Below, in pieces: positions 1-8,342 of a stretch of 32,000 bases of DNA (its first letter is position 1; every line of letters starts with the position of its first letter). The translations under genes were made by a program, and so were the position numbers. Under the pieces are notes generated by a model. The model was not told the DNA's origin, ran no database searches, and worked only from the letters and a program-made list of their open reading frames with translations. The DNA is from Deltaproteobacteria bacterium UBA6106 (GTDB taxonomy: Bacteria > Desulfobacterota > Syntrophorhabdia > Syntrophorhabdales > Syntrophorhabdaceae), in assembly GCA_002428485.1 (NCBI GenBank), contig DIWM01000014.1, forward strand, positions 81,998 through 113,997, written 5' to 3'.

Positions 1-1161
1 CGCTTCCTTGCCTATCTGGAGCAAAACCATAAGGACCTTTATACAATAAGCAGATCATACTCTGTGGCCGGTGATGCCCACGGTGTTGCCAAAAAAGCAC
101 TTCAATGCGACGAATGCCATGGCGACAGAAACATCTTCAGGGAGACCCGCTTCAGGCTCTCGGGGGTCTCGTCGCATACGTTCCGTGCCGACCCGAAGAT
201 CCTCATCCCTGAATTGCCTTCCATCAAAGAGTACAAGGCAACGGTCCACGGGAAAAAGGCGGTTGCCTGTTCTGATTGTCATATCTCCCAGGAACGGATC
301 AGCGACAATACCTGCTTAAAATGCCACAAAGAGGTTTACGGGGTTTATAAAAACTCTGTTCATACGAAAAAAGGCGCCGCACAGTGTACCGACTGCCATG
401 ATCCGCATAGCATAACCGCGTACCGGGAATATGACGCAAAGCAGAGGATCGGGGTCTGTGCCCGGTGCCACAAGAACTATCTGGAGAAACACGCCTGGCT
501 GCCGCATACCCGCCTCCACTTCAACTACCTCGAATGTTCCACCTGCCACAGTCCTGAATCACAAAAGAGCATCGTCTTTTACCTCGGCAAACGGTCAGGC
601 GATAAAAAACAGGCCTTAACATACCGGGATATCAGGGACGCATACGGCAGCCATGTCGATCTCAATAAAATTATTGATGCAGACGGCGACAACGCCGTGG
701 CATCGCAGGAACTATCAGACTTTTTTCTCGTTTTGCAGAGGAAATTCCAGGAGGAGCTTTTCATAGGCGGCTCGATCATCGTGACAAAGGTCCATCACGA
801 CTACTCTGAAAAAGGCACAAAACACAAGGTATGTACAACATGCCATTCGAGCCATGCCCCGTTCTACGATTCCATGTACCTTATCCTGCCGGATGCGGAG
901 GACCAACTCTACATTCCCGTAAAAGGCACCATACTCGGGGCAGCGCCCATTTCGGTCTTTACCGACCTTAGCCTCCTCGGTGAAGAAAGGGTAACCTTTG
1001 ATGATATTAAAATGCTGCTTGGTTTTCGTGGCAAAGACCGGTCCGGCCAGATGCAGGAGTTGGGGTTCAAGTGGATAGATATCCTTGGCATTGCTCTTTT
1101 TGCGGTCATCCTTATATTCATTATGCTCCATATAATTGCGAGGATATTTCTGAAACGATGA
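1..1161 (+). CDS. Multiheme c-type cytochrome with a C-terminal membrane anchor (5' end cut by the window edge)
   Basis: Frame 1 is open from base 1, with no stop before the GTG at 64, so the gene probably starts upstream. There are seven CxxCH heme motifs: CDECH, CSDCH, CLKCH, CTDCH, CARCH, CSTCH, CTTCH. The C terminus has a hydrophobic helix, WIDILGIALFAVILIFIMLHIIA. The stop TGA at 1159-1161 overlaps the next ATG. Confidence 0.85.
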   Translation, partial: RFLAYLEQNHKDLYTISRSYSVAGDAHGVAKKALQCDECHGDRNIFRETRFRLSGVSSHTFRADPKILIPELPSIKEYKATVHGKKAVACSDCHISQERISDNTCLKCHKEVYGVYKNSVHTKKGAAQCTDCHDPHSITAYREYDAKQRIGVCARCHKNYLEKHAWLPHTRLHFNYLECSTCHSPESQKSIVFYLGKRSGDKKQALTYRDIRDAYGSHVDLNKIIDADGDNAVASQELSDFFLVLQRKFQEELFIGGSIIVTKVHHDYSEKGTKHKVCTTCHSSHAPFYDSMYLILPDAEDQLYIPVKGTILGAAPISVFTDLSLLGEERVTFDDIKMLLGFRGKDRSGQMQELGFKWIDILGIALFAVILIFIMLHIIARIFLKR

Positions 1162-1787
1162 AAAAGATATACCTCCATCCATTACCTATCCGCATATGGC
1201 ACTGGGCAAACGCCTTCCTCATCATTATGCTCATGCTTACGGGAATACATTTAAGGATTCCCGATATCACCCATTTCCCGCAATACGGGGTCACTGTGGC
1301 GCTTCACAAATACCTCGGCTACCTCCTTACGCTCTCCTTCCTCTTCTGGCTCTTCTACTATCTTTTCACAAAGGGTCTGGCAAAGCACTACGTACTCAAT
1401 GCCGGAGACGTCAAGGGGATTCCGGGGCAGGCGCTCTACTATCTCTATACCTACTTTACGAAGGGAAGGCCGCCCTTTACCCCGTCGCCCGAAGCAAAGT
1501 TCAACCCCCTCCAGAAGCTGGCGTACTCATCGGTAATGTTCCTGCTCATGCCGGTTATCATCATAACGGGGATACTCTTCAGCGACATTCTGTTCTTCTT
1601 CCGGTATATCGATATGGTCGGCGGTTTGAGAGCCCTTGATGCGATCCACGTCATAACGGGCTATTGTTTTCTTCTCTACCTCATCGTCCATATCTACATG
1701 TCGTCCCTTGGCAAGAACATCACCACCTATGTAAAATCGATGATAACAGGATATGCGGAAGAGCCCGACGACGAGAACAAGCCCTAA
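1158..1787 (+). CDS. b-type cytochrome membrane subunit (Ni/Fe-hydrogenase / formate dehydrogenase gamma / PhsC-like family)
   Basis: ATG at 1158 forms an ATGA overlap with the upstream stop, which suggests translational coupling. About four hydrophobic helices carry His residues in heme-ligand-like positions (IWHWANAFLIIMLMLTGIHL; IHVITGYCFLLYLIVHIYM). I preferred this start over the longer track ORF beginning at 1071. Confidence 0.7.
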   Translation: MKKIYLHPLPIRIWHWANAFLIIMLMLTGIHLRIPDITHFPQYGVTVALHKYLGYLLTLSFLFWLFYYLFTKGLAKHYVLNAGDVKGIPGQALYYLYTYFTKGRPPFTPSPEAKFNPLQKLAYSSVMFLLMPVIIITGILFSDILFFFRYIDMVGGLRALDAIHVITGYCFLLYLIVHIYMSSLGKNITTYVKSMITGYAEEPDDENKP

Positions 1788-1791
1788 ACCC

Positions 1792-1819
1792 TTATATCGT
1801 CGTTCGTATATCGTATATC
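1792..1819. repeat. Heptamer tandem block A (4 x 7 bp)
   Basis: TTATATC GTCGTTC GTATATC GTATATC, read directly from the sequence. Confidence 0.8.
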
Positions 1820-1836
1820 GTGATTGTAGAGAAATC

Positions 1837-1864
1837 CGTTCGGCGTAGCGCGTTCGGTGTTCGG
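1837..1864. repeat. Heptamer tandem block B (4 x 7 bp)
   Basis: CGTTCGG CGTAGCG CGTTCGG TGTTCGG, read directly from the sequence. Confidence 0.8.
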
Positions 1865-1877
1865 CGAGAAATACGGC

Positions 1878-1905
1878 TCATAGTTTATAGCTGATAGCTC
1901 ACAGC
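1878..1905. repeat. Heptamer tandem block C (4 x 7 bp)
   Basis: TCATAGT TTATAGC TGATAGC TCACAGC, read directly from the sequence. Confidence 0.75.
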
Positions 1906-1995
1906 AATAACAACGAACGAAAGGCAAGGAAAAGGCAGAATAGGCATTTCGTGCATACTCCATACCGCTATCTCTTTGTTGCTCTTGTTCATCTG

Positions 1996-2023
1996 CCATG
2001 AGCCATGAGCTAAGAGCCATGAG
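1996..2023. repeat. Heptamer tandem block E (4 x 7 bp)
   Basis: CCATGAG CCATGAG CTAAGAG CCATGAG. It is preceded, in the same 7-bp phase, by the weaker units CATACTC CATACCG CTATCTC (1954-1974). Confidence 0.8.
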
Positions 2024-2065
2024 CCGGTTTCATTGCGTGTTTGCGGGAACAGTCCCATATAGCGA

Positions 2066-2094
2066 TTGACAGGATCGACATTTGGAGCTATTAA
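2066..2094 (+). promoter_or_regulatory. Sigma70-like promoter for the sensor kinase gene
   Basis: TTGACA (2066-2071), a 17-nt spacer, then TATTAA (2089-2094), about 75 nt upstream of the GTG start at 2168. Confidence 0.4.
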
Positions 2095-2167
2095 CATATG
2101 GTGTACGGTTAAACAATATTAAACAAGCTGTGCGATGTAATGAACAGAACGCCTCCGGGAGCATACT

Positions 2168-5100
2168 GTGGAAGGACCAGATCCTCTTATCCGGTTACAG
2201 GGCACCATCGAGGGCAAACTTCAAGAAAAACTCCGGAGCATCCATTCATATAAAGGACTGCCGGAACAAGAGAGCCTCCGTATTGTCCGGGGATTCCTTG
2301 ATCCCCTCTTTGCCGACCTGTCCGGCCGCACAAAGAACAGCTTCGTGCGCCACATCAAGAATCTGCTGCAAGGGTCTGCCGCGCAGGACCGGACCAAGCA
2401 GACGCTGGAGACCCTGTCGGCACTTGAAGCTGCGATAAAGCCCCACGTGAAAAACGTCAAGCTCGCCGTCTCCCTTTGGGACATCCTGTCTGCTGCCAGA
2501 ATACAGCTGACCAAACATGCATTGCAGCACAGCATTCCCGCCGATATCTCGGAACAGAAGATGAAGGAAAAGGCGCTCAGGGCATCGGAAGGGCGATACC
2601 GCACCCTTGTCGAAGGGGTAAATGAGTTTATCGTGGTCATCCAGGATGGGAAGGCAGTATATGCAAATCCGAAGATGCTGCACGATGCCTCCATGTCAAT
2701 GCAGGAATTTGCACAAAAACCCTTCTTCGATTTTATCTACAAAGAAGACCTTCCTGTCGTAAAGGATTACTACAGCAAGCGGCTGGAAGGCGATACAGCG
2801 CATCATTCCTATCCCTTCCGCATTGTAGATAACAAGGGGCAGGTAAGGTGGATGCAGGGGAGTTCGATCCCTATTGCGTGGGATCAAAGGCCGGCGGTCC
2901 TCGTTCTGTTGACGGATATCAGCCTTCTTAAACATACAGAAGAGTCGCTGTTGGAAAGCGAGAAAAAGTTCAGGGATATTGCCCAATTGACCCCGCAGAT
3001 CATTTATGAGATAGATGCAGACTATCGCCTGACCTTCTTCAACAAGGAAGCGAAGAGGATGCTCGGTTATGCACAGGAAGACATCCACCAGGGCTTTGAT
3101 ATTTTTACATTATTCCCTGAGGAGGAACGTTCAAGGGTTCGCCATAATTTTAAACAGATTATTAAAGAAGGTTCATCTCATGGCAATGAATACACGATGG
3201 TGCGCAATGACGGCACCAGTATACCCGTCATCGCCTACAGCGCCCCCGTATTCCGAAACGGCAATTTTGCAGGATTCCGGGGGGTCATCATCGATATCTC
3301 GGAACGCAAAAAGACAGAGGATGACCTGCGGCTCAACAAAGAGCGCCTTGAAGCGATCCTCCGGCTCAACCAGATGGCCGGCCTGGACCTCCATGCGATC
3401 ACCGGCTTTACCTTAGAGGAGGCGGTAAGGCTGACGAAAAGCGCGATCGGCTACCTTGCTTTTCTCGATGAGGACGAAGCGACGCTTACCATGTACTCCT
3501 GGTCAAGAAGCGCGATGGATGAATGCGCAATAACGGAAAAGCCGATCATGTACCCAGTGCATACGACAGGGCTCTGGGGGGAGGCGGTGCGTCAGCGGCG
3601 CCCGGTCATCACCAACGACTACAACGCGCCAAACCCTTTGAAGAGGGGATATCCTGAAGGGCACGTCAAGCTTACCCGGCACATGAATGTGCCCATATTC
3701 GAAGGCAACAGGATAGTCATCGTGGCCGGCGTGGGGAACAAACCCGCTGAGTATGACGAATCCGACGTGCAGCAGCTTACATTGCTCATGCAGGGGATGT
3801 GGGGGCTCATCAGCCGGAAGCTTGCCGACGAGGCCCGCAGGGAAACCGAGCAGATGTACCGGAGTGTGATCAACAACATCCAGGACGTCTTTTACCGGTC
3901 TGATATTAACGGCAGATTATTGATGGGCAGCCCTTCGGGCGTGAAGGTCTTCGGCTACGATTCATACGAGGAGATGATCGGCCTGCCCCTCGAGGGCTTC
4001 TGGGTGCACCCTGAGGACAGGGAGCGCCTGCTCGGCGAGATCCGAACACACGGGAGCGTGGAGGACTTTGAAGGACTGATGAAGAAAAAGGACGGCACGC
4101 CCTTCCATGTATCCTTTACCACTCACTTTTATTACGACGATGCGGGCAATATCCTCGGCACGGAAGGGGTGATCCGCGATATCACGAAGCGTAAACAGGC
4201 AGAGCAGGCGCTGCAGGAATCGGAGGCGAAGTACCGGAATATCTTTGAAAATGCCGTTGAAGGTTTTTTCCAGAGCTCGCCTGAAGGCCGGTTCTTGAAC
4301 GTCAACCCCGCCATGGCAAGAATGTGCGGCTACGCATCGCCCGAAGAGATGATCAACAGCATTACCGATATCGAGTTTCAATTCTACGTCAATCCGGAGG
4401 AACGCAGGGCCTATGTTAAAAGACTGGAGGAGTCTGACATCGACGAGAACTTCGAGCACCAGGTATACCGTAAGGACGGCTCGATCATCTGGATATCGAC
4501 GAATACACGCGCAGTAAGGGACGTTTCCGGGAATATCATCTATTTTGAAGGTACGCATGAGGACATCACCAAGCGAAAGAAGGTTGAGCTGGAGCTTACG
4601 GCGAGCGAGCTGTTCCTGAAGCAGACCCAGTCCATCGCCCGCCTCGGCGGCTGGAAGGCAAATCCGTATACCGATTATCTCGAATGGACGGATGGCATAT
4701 ATGACATCATCGATGCGCCGAGGGATTACAAACCGGGGTTGGCAGAGGGTCTGAAATGTTTCCTTCCCGAGTATATCCCCCACATTGAGGAGAAAGTGAT
4801 CAATTGCCTGGCAACAGGGGAAACGTTCGTCATGGAGGCGGAGGTAGTAACAGAGGCCGGGAAAAAACTATGGACAGAGGTGCGCGGCCTTGCCCCCATC
4901 ATTCAAGGCGGTCGCTCCTATGTTGCCGGCACGCTTCAGGATATTACGGCAAGAAAGCAGCTCGAGTCCCAGCTCTTCCAGGCGCAGAAGATGGAGGCCG
5001 TCGGCACGCTCGCAGGCGGGGTTGCCCACGACTTCAACAACATCCTCAGCGCCATCATGGGATACGCAAGCCTTCTGCAGCTCAAAATAGAAAGGGATAG

Positions 5101-6100
5101 CCCGTTATCCTCTTATATCACCCAGATCCTTACCTCATCAGAAAGGGCTGCCCAGCTCACGCAAAGCCTCCTCACCTTCAGCAGGAAACAACAGATCACC
5201 ATGAAACCATTCTCCCTGAACGATGCTATCGCGAACATACAGAAGCTCCTCAGGCGGTTGCTTACAGAGGACATTGACCTTAAGACCCATCTCACACATG
5301 AAAGGCTGGTCGTTCTCGGGGATGTGAACCAGATCGATCAGGTCGTCATGAACCTCATAACCAATGCGCGTGACGCCATGCCGGTGGGAGGCGTTATCTC
5401 AATATACACTTCCCGTTTTACCATGGACGGCAAGTTTGTCACTATCCATGGTTTTGGAAAGCCCGGGGAATACGCGCAGATCATGGTATCCGATACAGGA
5501 ACAGGGATAGATGAACATATCCTGCCAAAGATCTTTGAGCCTTTCTTCACCACCAAGGCAGTGGGTAAAGGTACCGGGCTCGGGCTTTCCCTGGTTTACG
5601 GGATCGTTGATCAGCACAATGGGTACATCGATGTAAGAAGCAGACCGGACAAAGGCACCTCGTTCTTCATCTACCTGCCGCTGATCACTCAGAGCATTGA
5701 AACAAAAGGGGCTCAAGGCATCAAGGTCGCTTTAAAGGGAACCGAGAAGATCCTCGTAGCAGAAGACAATAAAGAGGTAAGAAACCTTATCAGTATGGTT
5801 TTGACGGAAAATGGCTACACCGTCATCACGGCGGAAGACGGCCTCGAAGCAATCCGCATATTCTCTGAACAGTCCGTGGATATGGTGATCCTTGATGTGA
5901 TCATGCCAAAGATGAACGGAAAAGAGGTGCTCGAATCGTTAAAGAAGCAGCAGCCCTCTCTGAAAGCCCTCTTCATGAGCGGCTATACCTACGATATCAT
6001 CCAGGAAAAAGGCATATCCCAGGAAGGTGTCGACCTTATCCTGAAACCCCTCAAGCCGGATGAGATGCTCAGAAAGGTAAGGGAGCTTCTCGACAGCTAA
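2168..6100 (+). CDS. Hybrid sensor histidine kinase: N-terminal region, 2 PAS, GAF, 3 PAS, HisKA, HATPase_c, receiver
   Basis: GTG start preceded by GGGAG. Repeated PAS modules each end in a DI(T/S)xRK junction: [40 protein letters not shown]-like segment runs [19 protein letters not shown]...[19 protein letters not shown]. The H-box is [11 protein letters not shown], the N-box [10 protein letters not shown], and the G-boxes DTGTGI and GKGTGLGLS. The C-terminal REC domain shows [14 protein letters not shown]...[11 protein letters not shown]. Confidence 0.9.
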   Translation: MEGPDPLIRLQGTIEGKLQEKLRSIHSYKGLPEQESLRIVRGFLDPLFADLSGRTKNSFVRHIKNLLQGSAAQDRTKQTLETLSALEAAIKPHVKNVKLAVSLWDILSAARIQLTKHALQHSIPADISEQKMKEKALRASEGRYRTLVEGVNEFIVVIQDGKAVYANPKMLHDASMSMQEFAQKPFFDFIYKEDLPVVKDYYSKRLEGDTAHHSYPFRIVDNKGQVRWMQGSSIPIAWDQRPAVLVLLTDISLLKHTEESLLESEKKFRDIAQLTPQIIYEIDADYRLTFFNKEAKRMLGYAQEDIHQGFDIFTLFPEEERSRVRHNFKQIIKEGSSHGNEYTMVRNDGTSIPVIAYSAPVFRNGNFAGFRGVIIDISERKKTEDDLRLNKERLEAILRLNQMAGLDLHAITGFTLEEAVRLTKSAIGYLAFLDEDEATLTMYSWSRSAMDECAITEKPIMYPVHTTGLWGEAVRQRRPVITNDYNAPNPLKRGYPEGHVKLTRHMNVPIFEGNRIVIVAGVGNKPAEYDESDVQQLTLLMQGMWGLISRKLADEARRETEQMYRSVINNIQDVFYRSDINGRLLMGSPSGVKVFGYDSYEEMIGLPLEGFWVHPEDRERLLGEIRTHGSVEDFEGLMKKKDGTPFHVSFTTHFYYDDAGNILGTEGVIRDITKRKQAEQALQESEAKYRNIFENAVEGFFQSSPEGRFLNVNPAMARMCGYASPEEMINSITDIEFQFYVNPEERRAYVKRLEESDIDENFEHQVYRKDGSIIWISTNTRAVRDVSGNIIYFEGTHEDITKRKKVELELTASELFLKQTQSIARLGGWKANPYTDYLEWTDGIYDIIDAPRDYKPGLAEGLKCFLPEYIPHIEEKVINCLATGETFVMEAEVVTEAGKKLWTEVRGLAPIIQGGRSYVAGTLQDITARKQLESQLFQAQKMEAVGTLAGGVAHDFNNILSAIMGYASLLQLKIERDSPLSSYITQILTSSERAAQLTQSLLTFSRKQQITMKPFSLNDAIANIQKLLRRLLTEDIDLKTHLTHERLVVLGDVNQIDQVVMNLITNARDAMPVGGVISIYTSRFTMDGKFVTIHGFGKPGEYAQIMVSDTGTGIDEHILPKIFEPFFTTKAVGKGTGLGLSLVYGIVDQHNGYIDVRSRPDKGTSFFIYLPLITQSIETKGAQGIKVALKGTEKILVAEDNKEVRNLISMVLTENGYTVITAEDGLEAIRIFSEQSVDMVILDVIMPKMNGKEVLESLKKQQPSLKALFMSGYTYDIIQEKGISQEGVDLILKPLKPDEMLRKVRELLDS

Positions 6101-6142
6101 AAATATAATTTTTTGCCCTTATCCCCTTCTTTTTGTTGTTTG

Positions 6143-6171
6143 TTGATTTTTCGGCTATTCTATGTTATATA
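6143..6171 (+). promoter_or_regulatory. Sigma70-like promoter for typA
   Basis: TTGATT (6143-6148), a 17-nt spacer, then TATATA (6166-6171). Confidence 0.35.
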
Positions 6172-6224
6172 AACGTTGTAATTTCAAACCCTATCGCTGT
6201 ATCATCGGCATATTAAGAGGGAGC

Positions 6225-8039
6225 ATGGAGCAGAGCAGGATAAGAAATATTGCGATCATTGCACACGTCGATCACGGCAAGACAACGCTTGTTGACCAGC
6301 TTTTCAGGCAAAGCGGGCTGTTCCGCGACAACCAGGTCGTCGAGGAACGCCTTATGGACTCGATGGATCTTGAGAGGGAGCGGGGCATTACCATCGCCTC
6401 CAAGAACGGATCATTCATGTACAAAGGTTACCTTGTCAATATCATCGACACCCCCGGCCATGCCGATTTCGGCGGCCAGGTAGAGCGCGTACTGAAGATG
6501 GCAGACGGAGTGCTTCTCCTCGTAGATGCTGCCGAAGGGCCCATGCCGCAGACCTATTTTGTTTTGAAGAAGGCCCTTGCGTTGGATCTCCCCGTGATCG
6601 TGGTGGTGAACAAGATCGATAAGCCTGCGGCCCGATGTGACTGGGTTGTTAATGAGGTGTTTGACCTCTTTGCAAAGCTGGGCGCGCCCGATCATATCCT
6701 TGACTTCCCGGTCATCTACACCTCCGCAAGGGACGGATACGCCACACTCGATCACAACGTGCACGAAGGGTCCATGATACCGCTCTTTGATATGATCATC
6801 GCGGCAATCCCCGCCCCCGTCGGAGATCCGGACGGACCGCTTCAGATGCTCGTGAGCTCTCTCAGCTATTCCACCTTCCTGGGCAGGCTTGCGACAGGAA
6901 AGATCACCTCCGGCAGGTTTCATATCGACAAAGAGGTCGTTGTTGCGACACCCGGCGCCCCTATCCGCCCCGCCAGGATAAGAAAGATCTATCGATTCAG
7001 AGGGAACGAGAAGACCGAAACAGAAGAGGCGAGTGTCGGCGAAATAGTAGCCGTAGCCGGCATGGAGTCCATCACGATCGGCGAGACCCTCACCGACCCC
7101 TTGAACCCCATACCGCTTGAAGGCATCGAGGTAGACCCGCCGACCGTATCTATGAGTTTCGTCCCCAATGATTCGCCCTTCTATGGCAAGGAAGGCAGGT
7201 TCGTCACCTCCAGGCATTTAAGGGACAGGCTGTTCAGAGAAACTCTTTCAGATGTAGCCCTTTTGGTCGAGGAGCTTGAAGACGCACAGGGATACAAGGT
7301 TTCGGGGAGAGGAGAACTTCATCTTTCTATCCTGATCGAAAAGATGAGGCGCGAAGGCTACGAGTTCCAGGTCACAAGGCCGCAGGTAATATTCAGGGAA
7401 GAGGACGGCAGACGACTCGAACCCCATGAAGAGCTGACGATCGACGTAGATGAGAATTACATGGGCAGGGTCATTGAAAACCTTGGCGGCAGAAAGGGCA
7501 CCCTTTTGGAGATGCGCCAGGATAAAGGGATGGCACGGCTCAAATACAAGATACCTACCAGGGGGCTTCTCGGTTTCCGCTCCGAGTTCCTCACTGAAAC
7601 GCGGGGGATGGGAGTGATGAACTACGTATTCCTTGGCTTCGACGAGTACGCGGGGGAGATCAAAAACAGGACAAAAGGGGTCCTCATCGCCATGGATCAA
7701 TGCACTACGGTAGCCTACGCACTTTTTAACCTCCAGGAAAGAGGGAAACTCTTTCTCGGGCCGGGAGAAAAGGTCTACGCAGGACAGATCATCGGCGAGC
7801 ATTCAAGGGAGACGGATATCATCGTCAACCCTGCCAAGGGGAAGAAGCTGACCAATATGAGGGCTGCCGGCTCCGATGATGCGGTCATCCTCACGCCTTA
7901 CACCAATATGAGCCTCGAAGAGTGTATCTCCTACATCAACGACGACGAACTCGTAGAGATTACGCCCAGATCAATACGGCTCCGCAAAGTGATCCTCGGC
8001 GGCATTGAGCGGAAAAGGGCAAAGATCGCCGCCGCCTGA
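6225..8039 (+). CDS. typA: Translational GTPase TypA/BipA
   Basis: The N terminus [26 protein letters not shown] holds the G1 motif [16 protein letters not shown] (G3) and NKID (G4) follow, and the length fits an EF-G-like architecture. ATG at 6225 is preceded by AAGAGGGAG. The track ORF start at 6162 lacks an RBS. Confidence 0.92.
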   Translation: MEQSRIRNIAIIAHVDHGKTTLVDQLFRQSGLFRDNQVVEERLMDSMDLERERGITIASKNGSFMYKGYLVNIIDTPGHADFGGQVERVLKMADGVLLLVDAAEGPMPQTYFVLKKALALDLPVIVVVNKIDKPAARCDWVVNEVFDLFAKLGAPDHILDFPVIYTSARDGYATLDHNVHEGSMIPLFDMIIAAIPAPVGDPDGPLQMLVSSLSYSTFLGRLATGKITSGRFHIDKEVVVATPGAPIRPARIRKIYRFRGNEKTETEEASVGEIVAVAGMESITIGETLTDPLNPIPLEGIEVDPPTVSMSFVPNDSPFYGKEGRFVTSRHLRDRLFRETLSDVALLVEELEDAQGYKVSGRGELHLSILIEKMRREGYEFQVTRPQVIFREEDGRRLEPHEELTIDVDENYMGRVIENLGGRKGTLLEMRQDKGMARLKYKIPTRGLLGFRSEFLTETRGMGVMNYVFLGFDEYAGEIKNRTKGVLIAMDQCTTVAYALFNLQERGKLFLGPGEKVYAGQIIGEHSRETDIIVNPAKGKKLTNMRAAGSDDAVILTPYTNMSLEECISYINDDELVEITPRSIRLRKVILGGIERKRAKIAAA

Positions 8040-8114
8040 ACATTATAACCGATCCTCCGTCCAACAATAAGCCGGCATAAATCCCACCACACAACCCTCA
8101 AAGACGTTTCAATC

Positions 8115-8132
8115 CGGGAACAATTCCCGTTT
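8115..8132 (+). terminator. Weak candidate terminator hairpin after typA
   Basis: CGGGAA caa TTCCCG followed by TTT. The stem is short and the U tract is only 3 nt. Confidence 0.25.
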
Positions 8133-8232
8133 AACGGGGCATCCATACAATTAAAATAAGGCATGACAATACACGTGGAGGCTGTACTATAATCAGTAAT
8201 AACATAATGTTATAAAATTTATTTAAAATATC

Positions 8233-8261
8233 GAAAAAATTCTTGACAAAACAAAAGTGAT
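8233..8261 (+). promoter_or_regulatory. Candidate promoter of the UbiD operon
   Basis: Perfect TTGACA (8233-8238), a 17-nt spacer, then a weak -10 TATTGG (8256-8261), inside a very AT-rich tract (about 8180-8340). An alternative is ATGACA(8163)-N19-TATAAT(8188-8193). Confidence 0.3.
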
Positions 8262-8283
8262 AAGTTATTGGTTAATAATTAAA

Positions 8284-8302
8284 CTATTAAACAGTTTATT
8301 AG
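8284..8302. promoter_or_regulatory. Imperfect 19-bp palindrome, candidate operator between promoter and RBS of the UbiD gene
   Basis: CTATTAAAC-A-GTTTATTAG, with 8 of 9 arm positions complementary. It sits within a cluster of TTAAAC/GTAAAC hexamers at 8279, 8287, 8311 and 8323. Confidence 0.35.
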
Positions 8303-8342
8303 TTGATCATGTAAACGAAAATTTAAACAAGAGGAGGTTATT

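Noticed and set aside
1071-1157. N-terminal extensions suggested by the ORF track: 1071 for cytochrome b, 6162 for typA, 14749 for ubiX, 16473 for dctP, 21994, 24249, 26158, 29384 and 29778.
   Set aside because: In each case an internal start has a proper Shine-Dalgarno sequence, or an ATGA overlap, and begins at the conserved family N terminus. The extensions overlap upstream genes or lack an RBS.
1792-2023. CRISPR array as an explanation for the repeat tract.
   Set aside because: The units are only 7 bp, directly abutting with no spacers, and the unit sequence changes from block to block. No cas genes are in the window.
2082-2438. 118-aa ORF overlapping the kinase promoter and the kinase 5' end.
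   Set aside because: It starts inside the predicted -10 region and overlaps the kinase reading frame. It has no RBS, and the Arg/Ser/Cys-rich translation has no motif.
3962-4783. Long antisense ORFs inside well-supported genes: 3962-4783, 6411-7217, 9918-10499, 13628-14239, 25421-26146 and 28567-29220, all on the minus strand.
   Set aside because: Each lies fully within a plus-strand gene that has clear family motifs. Their translations are low-complexity or Arg/Gly/Pro-rich, with no recognisable motifs and no RBS. This is typical shadow-ORF behaviour.
8160-8342. The AT-rich tracts at 8160-8342 and 16280-16470 as boundaries of a horizontally acquired island around the UbiD cluster.
   Set aside because: I saw no integrase, transposase, tRNA target or flanking direct repeats. 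The tracts coincide with promoter regions, and the enclosed genes do not visibly differ in composition from the rest of the window.
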